Shown: piece after piece, positions 39,043 through 53,205 of the stretch
Layout: every line of letters begins with the position of its first letter
Numbering within the stretch: position 1 is the stretch's first letter
Assembly: GCF_963676685.1 (NCBI RefSeq)
Contig: NC_092351.1
Span: 80,786,001-80,850,000, forward strand
Direction: 5' to 3'
DNA length: 64,000 nucleotides
From: Mytilus edulis
Taxonomy: Eukaryota
Program-made: the position numbers and the translations under genes
The notes under the pieces: model-generated
What the model was told of the DNA's origin: nothing
The model's input: the letters and a program-made list of their open reading frames with translations, nothing else
Databases searched by the model: none

Positions 39043-40604
39043 TGAACCACGCAGTTTCTTGAGAAAAAAAAATCATTGGACATATAGCAGTTTCACAAAC
39101 ACTAAGTTTGATCACCGAGAACTTTTATCAATAGAATGTATATTAAATCGTTTTTATATTTTACATAGTCATCTCCCCGTAGTGTTATGTACCACCTCAA
39201 TTGCAATTATTAAAATATAAACTTAAACAAAACCATTGATTCAAAAAGATTCTTCATGAGCCTGTAATTCAGTGGTTGTGGTTTATTTATGTGTTACATA
39301 TTTGTTTTTCGTTCATTTTTTTTTATATATATAAGGCCGTTAGTTTTCTCGTTTGAATTGTTTTACATTGTCTTATCGGGCCCTTTAATAGCTGACTATG
39401 TGGTATGGGCTTTGCTAATTGTTGAAGGCCGTATGGTGATCTATAGTTGTTAATGTCCGGGTCATTTTGGTCTGTTGTGGACAGTTGTCTCATTGGCAAT
39501 CATACCACATCTTCCTTTTTTATATCTTTATAGGCAACATACTAAGGAAAAATGATAATAGAAACTTTCGGAAATTAAAAGACAGATAACCCATACACGA
39601 GAGCCGCTGGAGTAATTTACACACAAAAGAACAGACAGCTAGAATTGCATTATTTTTCAAATAGGTATTGAAATTGTGTCATAAGTCTATTCGATTAGTT
39701 TATGTTCACTTGTGTTAAAAAAGAGGGACGAAAGATACCAAAGGGACAGTAAAACTCATAAATCAAAAACAAACTTGCAACGCCTACCTAAAAATGAAAA
39801 AAACAAAAGGACAATCAATAGAACACATGACACAACATAGAAAACTAAAGAATAAGCAACACCAACCCCACCAAAAACTACGGGTGATCTCAGGTGCTCC
39901 GAAAGAGTACGTCTTTTGGTTGAGTAAGGCCATCACAGTTGACATTTTGTAGTTTGTCTGTCGAGGTTGTGATGCAACACTATCGTTTAAGATAAGGGTC
40001 AATGTTGGTACCTATTAAAACATTTCAACCCACGGCACATCTGTTTGCACCTGTCCTAAGTCTGGAATCTGATTTTCAGTGGTTTATAAAGGCAAAAGTA
40101 GTATACCGATGTTCAAATAAGTGTTTCTCGTTCTCGTCTTTATATGAATTAATCCGTTGGTTTTCCCGTTTATAAAGTTTAACATTTGTCATTTTTCAGA
40201 CCCTTTATACATTGTTATAGCTTGCTGTTTGGTTTTATGCACGACTGGAATGAAAAAAATCTGATCAACAAAATTGTAAAGTTCGACGGATGAGCTGTTG
40301 TCAGCAGTTGGTGTGTAAACATGTACGAACTTTTCAACTGGTTCTCTTTTAACTTATAATGAAATGTTACTGCAATGGACACGGATATGGATGACAATTT
40401 TCACAATGTGTAAGGATAGAATGAAAATAAAATGATAAAAAAGACTACAGTGGTATACCGCTGTGCAAAAGTCATAAATCGTTTTGGTGAAAACTAATCC
40501 GGGTTACAAACTGAAACCGGAGGAAAATCAACTATAACATGTATAAGACAATAACAATCAAAACCAAGGAGTAAACAAAAACTCATAAAACCAAAGGACA
40601 TTTA

Positions 40605-41849
40605 ACTTAATACTTAAAAATTCCAAAGATCTTTTATGGTACATACACTCTAACTCTCCTTCATCTTGTAACAGTATTAAAACATTTGACTTTTCTACTC
40701 TTTACACAAGTATTCCACATTCCAAACTAAAAGACAAATTGAAAGAGTTGGTATTGTTTTGCTTCATAAAAAAGAATGGCCAACGTAGATGCAAGTATCT
40801 TTGTCTTAGGGAGGGATACATCTTACTTTGAAAATGATCACTCTGATTAAAACAAAAATTTTTCAGAAACTGATTTTATCAAGATGCTTGATTTTTTGAT
40901 TGACAACATATTTGTTACGTTCGGAAAACGTATTTTTCAACAGACTGTCGGCATTCCAATGGGAACAAATTGTGCCCCTCTACTTGCCGACTTGTTTCTT
41001 TATTATTATGCGGCTGACTTCATGCAGGAACTTCTTGGAAAGAAAGACAAGAAGTTAGCGATATCCTTTAACTCTACTTTTCGCTATATAGATGATGTCC
41101 TTATAATTCAAAATTTGGTGACTATGTAAAATGCATCTATCCCATCGAACAAGAGATAAAGGATACTACAGATACAGTAAAGCCGGCCTCATATCTTGAC
41201 TTACATCTAGAAATTGACAATGAGGGTCAGTTGAAAACAAAACTTTACGACAAAAGAGATGATTTCAGCTTTCCAATTATGTACTTTCCATTTCTAAGTA
41301 GCAACCTTCCAGCAGAACCAGCATATGGGGTATATATCTCCCAATTAATACGATATTCCCGTGCTTGCATTTTCTATCATGATTTTCTTGATAGAGGGTT
41401 GCTGCTCACAAGGAAGCTATTAAACCAAGAGTTCCAAATGGTGAAGTTGAAATCATCCCTTCGTAAATTTTACGGACGCCATCACGAGTTGGTTGACCGT
41501 TATGGAATAACGGTTTCACGAATGATATCGGATATGTTCCTTACGTCATCACTACAATCATCTTCCCTTTCATGAAAATGACCTACCGAATTAGACTATT
41601 TACCAGATTTGTTATCACATAAGCAACACGACGGGTGCCGCATGTGGAGCAAGATCTGGTTACCCTTCCGGAGCACTTGAGATCACCCCTAGTTTTTTGT
41701 GGGTTTCGTGTTGTTTATGCTTTAGTTTTCTATGTTGTGTCATGTGTACTATTATTTGTCTGTTTGTCTTTTTCATTTTTAGCCATGGCGTTTTCAGTTT
41801 ATTTTCGACTTATGAGTTTGACTGTCCCTTTTGTATCTTTCGTCCCTCT
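40605..41849 (+). mobile_element. 5'-truncated Penelope-like retroelement (RT pseudogene)
   Basis: FDFSTLYTSIPH, GIPMGTNCAPLLADLFLY, FRYIDDVL, YDKRDDFSFPI, PAYGVYISQLIRY; frameshifts. Confidence 0.8.
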
Positions 41850-42605
41850 TTTACATCATTAGTTATAAATAATAAATAAGAAAATACACGAACTCCACTT
41901 AGAACAGGGTGTGAAATCAGATGATCCAGAAGGGTAAACATTTCCTGCACCGTATACGGCACACGTCGTGTTATTCTTTGTTAAGTTTGGTAAGGATGGA
42001 ACGTTATAATGACCGAGGAAGAATATCATATATGAGTTCTGACACACAATTTTGTCATAATGGCCAATCAGCTGATGATGGCGACCGGAAATTCCTTGAG
42101 TGATGATCTTAATTTGAATGATTTATAGCCCTGTGTTAGCAACTGTTGAGAAAACAGTATTCCTCGTTCAACAAATCAACGTACTTTGAGCTAGCTCTAG
42201 AGTAACGTATCAATTGAGACACATATACTCCATATGCCGGTGCCGCTTGGATGTTGCTACACAAATATGGAAAGTTGACTATTGGAAAATTAAAATCATC
42301 GCGTTTGTCAAAACTTTTGGTATTTAACCTACCACCAGTATTCATTTCGAGAAAAAAAGGTCTAAATATGAAGCAGATGTATCTGTGTCGGTAGTATCTT
42401 TAATTTCAAGTTCACTTGGACATATTAAATGTTAGTGAATATAATCATTAAGAGACAGTATATCATCAATATACCGAAAGGTGAAATTAAAAGACCATGC
42501 TAATTTCTTTTCTCCTTTCTGTACAAGCCCTTGTATAAATTCTGCTTCATAGGAATACAAAAACAAATCTTCAAGTAGAGGAGCGCAATTGATACCCATA
42601 TGGAT
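41850..42605 (-). mobile_element. Penelope-like retroelement (RT pseudogene); its tail continues at 40545-40604
   Basis: MGINCAPLL.DLFLY, FRYIDDIL, FDKRDDFNFPIVNFP, PAYGVYVSQLIRY. Confidence 0.8.
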
Positions 42606-43790
42606 TCTTAAGAAGAAAACATATAACGAAACAACAGAATCACTGAAGTACAACAACGACAAAACACTACAATACAACATACATAAATACGAACTATCAA
42701 ATAACAACTGCCATATTTCTGACTTGGTATAGGACATTTTAAGAAAAAAGTGGGCTGAACCTGGATTTGTGGCTTGCAAAACCTCGTGATTTATGGCAAT
42801 AATAATCAATCAATCAATATTCCTCGACAAAACCACGAAATTAAATATCCACAAACATTCAAGTTTTTCTTTATCCACGAAAATTGGTACCCACGAAAAT
42901 AAATGAATCCACAGTATACCGAACGTGATATGAATAAGTGGTACCAATATATTTTTAATTATGTTGGCCTATCCAGTGTGATAATACGAAATTGCAACTT
43001 TTTATTGGCTATTGATAAGGTCTATGATAACTCTCAAAATAAGGTACGGGCCAGCTTTTTGTTCTACATAAATTTTGACAAAAGATCTACATGTGGGTAT
43101 GATTCCATTTTTTCTACTTTTGATTTTAATTTTACGAGAAATTATTTATCCTTCACATCAAAATCATGTCGATTTGTACATGTTGTATTTGTCAACACTT
43201 TTAATATTGCTCTATGGGAATATTTACTTACAGTAGGGCTAACAACATTGAGTCATATAACATCGTTTGGGTTCATTTCAAGATATTAATGCACTGTTGA
43301 ACTTGAATAAAACAATGAAAAAAAAGAAAAAATATATTTTTTCATTGAATTTTCATCTAGATGAGACACATCCACTTTGTTTATCTCCATATTCACAACC
43401 TGTTGGATACGATTTTCAAATATACTTTCAGATGTATAAACTTCGTGTTCCGATTCCGTACGGACAGAAACGAGATTACACGATTGCTTGCTTACACATT
43501 CTTAGAACCAGAAAGGTTTCATCTGTACGTTCAACCTTTTATTTCAAGCAATAATAATCTTTCAAAGTTCTGTTCATTATTGGATTATCATTTGAACTGA
43601 AAGGACACGACCGTTTATATTAAAAAAAATCACAAATATTTGCATATGTTAAAAAATTCATATTTCTATCATTAACAAAATAAGTATCATAATATATACA
43701 TAAGTATCCTTTATATTCATATCATACATTACAATACAAATATGTTATTGTGTATAACAAAAATATACAATATTGAAATATTTTAATTCA

Positions 43791-44294
43791 GGTTCATCAT
43801 AACCTTTTGGCTAAAATGGTCATATTTACACCACAAATTTTACTCTGAGTACAGACAAACCTATGAACCTGCAAAAGTTTTAAGGGATGGCAGGAACTAG
43901 ATATATAAATTTTATGTTTTAGAAAATTAAAAACTTTACTATATTTTGCTGTCCCCTCATATTAGACATGTTGTGAGTAGTATTGATTTAAATGAACAAT
44001 AGATGGACAATAAACATTTGCAGACAATAGGTGATTTAAACTGTGTAACTGAGTGGACCGTATCAAATGAAACTCGGGTGTTTGTTTATTTTGCTATCTT
44101 CTGCAGACTGGTAAAAACTGGACATCGAAATCCAGGTAAGTTTTTAATTTTCTGAAACGTATACTACATATAACTTTTATATATCTAGTTCCTGCCATGC
44201 CTTAAAACTTTCCTAGATGTACCAGTTTGTCTGTACTCATAGTAAATTTTGAGGTGTAAACACGGCCATATTTTTCAATTCCTTATGATGAACC
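43791..44294. mobile_element. Kolobok-type MITE with ~130-bp imperfect TIRs
   Basis: TTCA|GGTTCATCATAA...TTATGATGAACC|TTAA; inner TIR match GGCAGGAACTAGATATATA. Confidence 0.7.
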
Positions 44295-44807
44295 TTAAAT
44301 TACATCCTGCCCAATGGACCTATTAGTCATAACATATTAATAAAGTCAGTTGCATTACTTTAATTTTTAATATCCGAATAAAGCATCATTGCTTCCAATT
44401 TTGTCATGATTATTTATTTCGGGGTGAAAACTGTTTGTAAGCATTATTCCTTGGTATATAACCTAAACACTAACTAGTTGAATGACAAAATGAATGAAGT
44501 CTGACGCATTTTGAAAATAAAACTTTCCGACATTTTGACCATTTCAAAACAACTAATGACGCACTATGTGTTACAATGTATGAAGGCAGGACAAATATAA
44601 TCTCACAAATGCGAAAATTAAACGTTACGTACCATGATGTGCCATATTCCCATATTTAGAACACGAACCGCAACATAAATCTGCATTATGTCCCCAATAA
44701 CACATCTGTTTATCGTTCTGTGAGGCTATGTTTGTTTTGCATCAATCACTCTTGTCTCCATATTCACATCCTGTCAGAATAGTAAGTAATACACTAGTTC
44801 AGGGAAA

Positions 44808-47623
44808 AGTTAAAGGTGGCACTTGTGATTGTGTAGCAGGGTAAGTACATGTACAGTGCTGAATTTCATTTGTAATTAACAAGGAGAAGTTGAATTTACA
44901 TCAGACAAGTTGATTGTTCTTAAAACATCTTCCGTTTCATTACTTAAGAAGTTTGTTATAAAAAGGGGAAAAGGGGGGGGGTCAGATTATTTTTCTTTCC
45001 CATTCGTATTTTATTTTGTTTTTATTTTACAAATTCTATTTCAGTATTGAACATGTTGAACCACAGCAATCTTTCATTTCATTTTGAAAGAAAATATTCG
45101 GTCTGGTCTGTTTGCTGCATAATTATATGTATTATTTATTCGTAAAAATTTCGTTCAGTTATCAAACGTAATATTTATCCCATTTTTTTCTGAGGCAAAT
45201 AGATTATATTGTATTAAAAAGATAGAAAATTGAAATAGTATAAATCAGAATTTGTTCCGTTTGCCCTTTTTAAAAACGAAATTTCTACTCTATCTTACAG
45301 GAAAGGTGAGGCATGTAGTCACATCGCTGCTTTACTATTTGCCATAAATGACTTTGTTTCAAAAGGCCTGAAAGAACTTCCAGCTGATCAGACTGGCACT
45401 GAAAAGCTATGCACGTGGAACCGACAAGCAAGACGGAAGATTGAACCAAAAATAATACACGACATACGAATTGTGAAGTACGTAAATTTTTACTATTAAT
45501 TTTTTACTAAAATGTCATTGATGTGATAATCATCAGCTCCATATACGAATATGCATGTTGCCTATATTTAATAAATGGCTGTTATTTATTTTGAATTTAT
45601 TGAACCATAAAATTAATTTTTGACTCTTCACATTGAATAATCCGAGAGCGGATTATGTTAAATGTGAAGAGTCCAAAATTAATTTTATGGTTCAATAAAT
45701 TCAAAATAAATTATTGCCATTCATTATAAATAAATTTCTATCAAAAATAAGGCTCAAAGATATATATTAATACAAATAACAACGTACACAGATGTTTGCG
45801 TATGAATACACAACGTTAGAGTGGGCGTGTCGCCATAAAAATTGATAACATTGAAAATAAAGCTAATTCTTTTAACCAATCAGAAGACAGTAAATACACC
45901 AAATTTATTTATTCCCTGGTGTCTTTTTTTCTAGGTAGAAAAACATAACAAAACTTGTATGCAATATGATTAAAAAAAGATTTGGGATATACATTAGTCC
46001 TATATATGATATAAGCCTCTTGTAATTTCTATATCGTATGCAGTCAACGTTTTTATCGTTTTTTTTGTACTTTTAGAAATACATGTTATTATAAAGTTTT
46101 ATTGGAGTCAGGTAAATTTTTGTATTTGAATATTTATATCTGATGTAACACATATATATTTAAATCGTCAGTTACATCCTGTGACATAATAAAGACAAAT
46201 TACCAGCACAGCATCCTTACCGTGTGAATTTAGATATAATTTATTGGGGTGGTGTCATTTAACAATTGACTGCTAAGGATGTTAAATATTGCTACCTGTT
46301 GAGTTTATTAACATGCGGTCAACCAGATGTGTAATTAACGGCCACAGATCGGCTTAATATGATTGATCTAAATTTGTACCTGCAAAGAAACATACCCGTT
46401 TTTTTCTTGGTGATACGAAAAAACAAAACTCCAATAAAATGGAATTTGATGAAGAAAAAACATAATTGTGTATAATCAGCAAGTGTCTGATTATTTGATA
46501 TATTTGTCTTTCATTATTTGTTTTTGGTTATTTTTTTGGAAAGTAATTATACATGTATATTTCTATATAAAGTTATTTACATGTATGCATTTTCTATTTG
46601 TTCAGGCAGGAACATGGGAAAAGTCCAAAAGAGAGGGATACACTTGCTAGTCTAAATTTTGATCCCCGCCATCCTGCAGATAGACATTTAAATCAGGGAG
46701 CTTTAAAACAATTATGCGATGCACTTACTTCTGCAAACCTTACATGTGGATTTATAAAATACCACAAGATTATCCTTACAGATAAAATAAAACCTGAAAG
46801 ATTAGATCCTTTACATACTGTACGTAACTTCAATGATTTCACCTTACCTCCAAGCATTAAAGAGATTAGGGAAGCAGGCCTTTACTTTAAAAGCACATTA
46901 AAATTAGACCAAAACGGCATTAATCAGTTGGAATTTAGTACCAATAGTCAATCAAATTCAAGTCCATGGCACAGTGCAAGACGATTTAGAATAACAGCAT
47001 CCACTTTCCACAAAATAGGATTCAGACGAAAGAAAACAGACCCTACATGTCTTTTAAATAATGTTAGAAAACCAACAAAAGACATGCTTTTTGGCTTACA
47101 ACAAGATGAACCATCAATTACAAGATTTGTACAGGAATTGGAGAAAAGTGGGAAAAATGGGATTAAATGTCCAAAAAAGGGGTTTGATTTTACATCCTGA
47201 AAAATGCTACCTAGGATTATCAGTTGATGGAATTGCGCAGATGGACGGAGAGACTTATGTTCTTGAACTAAAAAATCCGCCCTCAACCTGGAAAAATGAA
47301 TTTGTTAGATGCAGCTAAAAAACTGGCATGTCTGAAAATTGATGAGAACAATAAGGTTTACTTGAATCCTAAACATGAGTATTTCACACAAATACAGGGA
47401 CAAATGGCCGTCACCAGAATTGGAAAGTGTTACATTTTTTTTGTACTTTGTTTTGTGCACAGAGAAAAATATTCATACAGAAGTAGTACAATTTGATGAA
47501 CAATTTTGGAGTGATTTGCAGAAAAAGTTAATATTGTTTTATAATAATATTTTTCTGCCAGAAGTTGTATATCCATCTGTAAAATTTGGATTACCACCAC
47601 TTGACTTGAGCTTACATGAGTGA
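44808..47623 (+). pseudogene. SWIM zinc finger + YqaJ-like (lambda exonuclease fold) nuclease. Exons ~44808-44840, 45301-45477, ~46606-47623.
   Basis: GTCDCVAG|KGEACSHIAALLF, QSNSSPWHSARRFRITAS, LGLSVDG, LELKNP, YFTQIQGQMAVT. Several frameshifts; 5' part missing. Confidence 0.8.
45574..45721. repeat. Long hairpin (~70-bp arms, 4-nt loop) inside an intron of the YqaJ gene
   Basis: TTTATTTTGAATTTATTGAACCATAAAATTAATTTT.GACTCTTCACATT mirrored around ATAATCCG-AGAG-CGGATTAT. Confidence 0.85.
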
Positions 47624-48045
47624 ATGACATTAAAAATATTTCTTGTATGCTATTTAGGCTTATTTTGTTTTTTTAAAGGGTGATTGACAGAAAGGTGCGA
47701 TTGATAGATTTATTTTTGCTTATATAACAGTGGCAAATATTTCATGCATATTCACGACAATATAAAACAAAATCCTTAACACTTGTTCTAACTTGAAGCA
47801 GAAACACATAAGACCAACAGTTAAGTCCATGGTGAGCTTTGGTATTTGAATTTTGATGATGGGCCATTAATAGATTTCTATATGGCATGGGTTTTGCTCA
47901 TTGTTGACACCCTGGCAATTTTTATAATTGACATCTATTGCAGGCCGTATATTGACCTATAATGGTTTAATTTGTACTCCTACTAATAAACATTGATCAT
48001 GATTAAAATTTATGAGTGAAAGGGGAAACAAAACAAATCAAGATA

Positions 48046-49240
48046 TTAACATTTTATTATTGGAGTCTGAAAATTTGTCAAGAATGAACAAGTGCGGAAA
48101 ATTTCATCTGCCACAATCTGCAGGCTTAATCCCATAGTCCCATCTAAGATGTGGAATGTCTTAATTCTCTGGATAGCCCTTTCAACATGAATGTGCACTT
48201 CAGCAATACGTCTTGTTACCTCTACTTGTTGGGCACTCAACTGGAAATTACCATTCCTGAACGGTGGAATGTTCAATGAAGCACCTTTTTTACTTAGTTC
48301 ATCGGCAATTTCAAAACCTCTGTCAGCCATTACATTGTCACCTGGCTCTATATAGTCTAATATCCCACAATCATTAATTATGAATTTATCTGACGCAGCT
48401 CCTCCATATAAAGAAGACACAAAACTTACAGTCCCATCAGGTGTTATCCCTATTAAAGCTTTGTATGTGTTCCGATGTTTATAACTTGACCATGTCTGTC
48501 TCTGGGCTTTCAATGCAGATGGCTTTTGAATAAATATTTCCGTACAATCAAGAATAATTCTAGTGTTTGGAAATCTATTGAACGACTCTGGCATTAATGC
48601 TCTCACAGTAACTGTACATGACGTATCTGGAATAGTTTGTGAGAATTTGTCAGTGTTTCCATTACATGTCTGTGATGAAGATTGTTTATAGTTGTCAACA
48701 GGGTCAATCCAATACATGTGATAATCATGATCAATGAGGGTCACTTCACAGTTTTCACGTACAGTGTTAATGAGGTGTTCAACATGCGTGTACATGCAGA
48801 TTCACTTTCAATAACTACTTCATGTTGAACGTCGTAATGTCTATGGGGAACAAAACCTTTCCCGACTTTGCGAAAGTCTTTTTCTTTACCAGAGTTGCCT
48901 CGCTGATTGCAAATTCATACTCCATTGCACGCCTACTCCTGGTTGTAAATCTTTGAGGTGTAGATTTGCTTTGGATAGGCAAATTCAGTGTTGGCACATA
49001 ATCTATGTGCGTCGGATCTTTTGATTTTCGCCCTGTTGTAAAATGAGCACCACAGACTTTAGTATGTTCTGTCATTGTCAATTCTCCAATGTTCTTTCTT
49101 AATTGTCTACCTGAAGCTTTGATCCATGCGTTTCGTCTTGTAATTGGTACAGCAGGTATTCGGTGAAAAGCAAATCCTTTCGGCATAAAACTCCCCCTAT
49201 TAGTACAATTAACGATACAACAATGATCTTGTCCTCCCAT
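48046..49240 (-). pseudogene. THAP domain + Harbinger-type DDE transposase, frameshifted and apparently lacking the HTH region
   Basis: THAP: CCIVNC..FHRIP..WI..VCGAHF..VPTL. DDE: ILDCTE, YKHRNTYK, MADRGF, IHVERAIQRIK. Confidence 0.85.
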
Positions 49241-49450
49241 ACTACCTCAGGGTATGAGTTTATATTGTTGTCAATTATGTCAATCACTTTTCTAAATAAT
49301 TTGATTACAGTAATAACGATGCCGATCTGATAAATCAATAAACTGATAATGCCCCCAGTTCATGAAATCTCGTATCTAATCAGTCGATAACGCAAAATCC
49401 CGATCGATCTTGCACATGCGCATTGTTTCCCTGAACTAGAGTATTATTTT

Positions 49451-49570
49451 ACACTAGTTCAGGGAAAGCTTGTTTGGGACCAAACGTTTTATTCTAAATC
49501 ACGCGAGAATTTGCGTTATCTTATTGAAGTGGGGGCAAGTGATAAATATCAATTATCAGCTGATAATATA
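49451..49570 (+). mobile_element. Left terminus of a second copy of the ISL2EU-type element
   Basis: Third TIR 8 bp after the right end. Shares subterminal motifs TTTGCGTTATC, TGGGGGCA and TTATCAG with the reverse complement of the right end. Confidence 0.65.
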
Positions 49571-49954
49571 TGTTAAGGACGCTACTAATTACCTGAATAA
49601 CTGTCATAACGTTTATGAAATTTTAATAACTTTCTTAAACTAACCTGGATTTCTACTAAACTTGGAGAGAAGCTTGTTTATGATCATAAGATAGTATCCA
49701 GAAGTAAATTTTGGAATTAATAAAATTGCATTTTTTCCATATTTTACTACAAAAATTTCTTAGTTTTTCTACCAGGAAACATAATATTCATTCTGTGGTT
49801 ACAGTTTTTGAATAACTGTCAACGGTCTAATGACAGCTGGGTACTTTTTTGTGTTTATATTTAATTAAATATGGAAAAAGACAAACTGTGCAAATTTTCA
49901 AGACCGTGGTTTTTTTTTAATTAAAGGAGAATGGGAAAGAAACTTAAATGATGT

Positions 49955-50760
49955 CGAAAAAGCGAGACATAGCAATCGTACATTTCGTTGGCGTCGTTGT
50001 CGTCGTCGTCGGTGTCGTCGGCGGCGTTCACAAATATTCACTCTGTAGATAACGTTTATGAAATTTTAATAACTTTCTTAAACTAAACTGGATTTCTACT
50101 AAACTTGGAGAGAACCTTGTTTATGATCATAAGATAGTATCCAGAAGTAAATTTTGTATTTTACTAAAACAATTACTTAGTTTTTCTGCCAGGAAACATA
50201 ATATTCATTCTGTGGTTACAGTTTTTGAAATTTTAATAACTTTTTAAATATCCTGGATGTGTACCAAACTTAGACAGAAGCTTGTTTATAATCATAACAC
50301 AGTATCCAGGAAGTAAATTGTGTTAAGAAATAAATCCGTTTTTTGTGTAAATTACTTTTAAATGGACTTAGATTTTCTGCCAGGAAACAACGCATTCACT
50401 CTGTGGTTTTTAAAGTTTTAATAACTTTCTTATACTATTTTGGATTTGTACCAAACTTGGATAGAAGCTTGTTTATGATCAAACGCTAAGATCTAAAAGA
50501 AAATTTTGTTAAAATTGTGTACCTATGTATCTGTATTTTACTTATAAATGGACTTAGTTTTTCTTACAGTTTACATTACAGACAATCTGCGTTAAAGTTT
50601 TTAAAACATTCTGTATTTTTACCAAACTTGGACAGAAGGTGCTTACAATCAAAAGATAGTATCAAGAGGAATATTTTTTTTAAATTTTATTCCTCTTTTG
50701 TTGAGCCTTCGATTAACAGCATAAGTAGGCGAGACACTGGGTTCCACGGAACCCTTAAGA
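49955..50760 (+). mobile_element. Helentron/DINE-like element with ~180-bp core repeats (extra core at 49600-49820)
   Basis: GCGAGACA subterminal repeats, (GTC)n, 3' hairpin GGGTTCCACGGAACCC. Confidence 0.65.
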
Positions 50761-51091
50761 ATGTTTTTAATTAAATTTTAGAATCTAGTCGGATATATTG
50801 ACGGGATCTGAAGTGTTTGAGTTACTCAACAGTTTACGATATAAAGGGTAATGGGGATTAAACTCTATAAGGCATGTGATATGTCTACTTTAACAATCAT
50901 AAACAATGTAAAGATGTTTTGTTGTATAATCTGTTCATCTGAAAAAGATCGTCTTAGTGTTGCCAAAATCAACTGGAAGGTGAAAAATACAAAACAAAAC
51001 ACTTAAGGGAACCACAGACATCTCATTAATGAAGGCAATACATTATCATGAACAACGATTATCAGATTTATGGCTCATAACAAAAACCTGT

Positions 51092-52308
51092 TATTAGGTC
51101 TTTCCACTTTTCCGTGGAAAGACCTATTGGATTTCTTCTGATTATTATTATTTTTTTTTTCTTCCGCCTAATTTTTTTCCTTCGCTGGTTTTTTGTTTCG
51201 CAAGATGTCGCTTTGATATTTGGATATCCAACAGTTGATACGCTTTTGAAACCAACTCTGCTTTACCGAATACTTTCCCATATAAGAGTTATCTCCCCGA
51301 ACACTGTTTTTCTTGTTATCTCTAAGGCTTCGCAACCGTATAAGAAACCGACAAATTTATTTTTCCAAATAGCTCGTTATATCCTCAGGATGTTCTGTTT
51401 TATTTAGACCGAAGCCGTATCGAGATTCCATATGAGAGTGATTTCCCCTTTTGTATTTGAAATTTTGAAATGTATTTTAAACTGGAAAACCATAAGTGAT
51501 AGAGACCTAGGGTCTTTTGATTTGAGATCCTTCGTCCAAAAAAATGAAAATTAGGTCAAGGTCAAAGGTCCAGGTCATATTCTAAATTTTGATTTTGGCT
51601 TATTTTCACTCATTTTCATTAACCTTATAAGATATCGACAAATTATTTTTACTAAATTGTTAGTTGCGACATGTCGTAACTTAATAATTTTGGTTGAAAG
51701 GGTGCGTAGTCAATAAATTGGAGTTTTAGCCCCTATCATATCTAAAATTATGCGTAAAGTGATATAACTTATTAACCATACATATTAGAGACCTAGGGTC
51801 TTTTGATTTGACATGTTTGAGATCCTTGGTCCAAAAAAAATGAAAATTAGGTCAAGGTCAAAGGTCAAGGTCATATTCTAAATTTTGATTTTGGCTTATT
51901 TTCACTCATTTTCATTAACCTTATAAGATATCAACAAATTGTTTTTACTAAATTGTTAGTTGCGACATGTCGTAACTTAATAATTTTGGTTGAAAGGGTG
52001 CGTAGTCAATAAACGGGAGTTTTAGCCCCTATCATATGTAAAATTATGCGTAAAGTGATATAACTTATTTACCATACATATTAGAGACCTAGGGTCTTTT
52101 CATTTGAGATCCTCAGTTTGTGACCTTGAAGTTGAGGTCAAGGTCATAGGTAAATTTGACGTTCTAGATTATGACCTTTGCTTAAAATTCATATCTATAC
52201 ATCATAAAGCTATAGGAACTGACATTTTAGACTGATTTTTAATATTTTAATATCAAAATAAATATTTACTGGTGGAAAGACCTTCAATTGTTCTCTGAAC
52301 AATTAGTT
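51092..52308 (+). mobile_element. Helentron/DINE-like element with ~300-bp internal tandem repeats
   Basis: GGTCTTTCCAC/GTGGAAAGACC subterminal inverted repeats at both ends, 3' hairpin AATTGTTC-TCT-GAACAATT, T-rich flanks. Confidence 0.7.
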
Positions 52309-53205
52309 TTTAATTTTTGTTGTTTTTCTTGTGTCTTATTGGCATTTATATCTTATGTTTATCTTTCCATTTATACTGAAATCACTTTGTGTTTTCATAG
52401 ATCTACAAGGGTCTTAGGAAAACAATTTACTATCCAACTTAATTGGTAAGGTTCTCATAGAAAATAAACAATAGCACATAGACAAATAAAATGTTATGAT
52501 TGTTCAAAGACACTGATAATAATATAAACAAATAAGATGACCTCATATGTGTTAAAGCGACCCTGCTTATATAATATACATGTGTTATAACATTACAGTG
52601 TAGTCGCTTATAAAAATACTTTTTACCCATCTGATAGTGAATTTGTTCCAGATTCGGAATCCGTATTTGCAATTGTTGTGGTATCTGAACTTGTTGTATC
52701 TTCTGGAACAGCTGTTTTTGAAAGAATTATAGTGCATTACATTTAATGTAACTTAATTTCATGTTAAACAACGACACACGGGAAATTAAAACATACATTT
52801 TATTTTGAAATGAATGATATAGCGTACAGAATTAAACAATATCCGAATGTAACAAAACACCACGCGAGATTTCGAGGTAACCAAATGGTCTCCTACGAAA
52901 GACAGGATCCTTTATGATACGTTAAGTTCCTTCCAATCTACTTATACTCGTGTCTGTAGTGATGATGTTGACTGATTGATATTTTAGTCAGCAGCCTGCT
53001 GTTCAGTTGCTGTCGTTGGTTCATGTTTAATTTAAATTTGCGGTTCGTTTTCCCAATTGAATTGTTTCATATTTTCAAGTCGGGGATTTTTATAACTGAC
53101 CATACAGTATCGGTTTTAATGGCTTCATGGTTGCCTATTATCTTGTATTGCTTACATCAACTTCGATCGAACTTTGTTGGATAGTTGTCTTATCGGCAGT
53201 CATAC

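Larger units (their letters stand above)
44791..49442. mobile_element. Decayed ISL2EU-type (PIF/Harbinger-related) DNA transposon
   Basis: TIR ACACTAGTTCAGGGAAA / TTTCCCTGAACTAGAGT with AT on both flanks; convergent THAP-DDE and SWIM-YqaJ genes. Confidence 0.8.
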
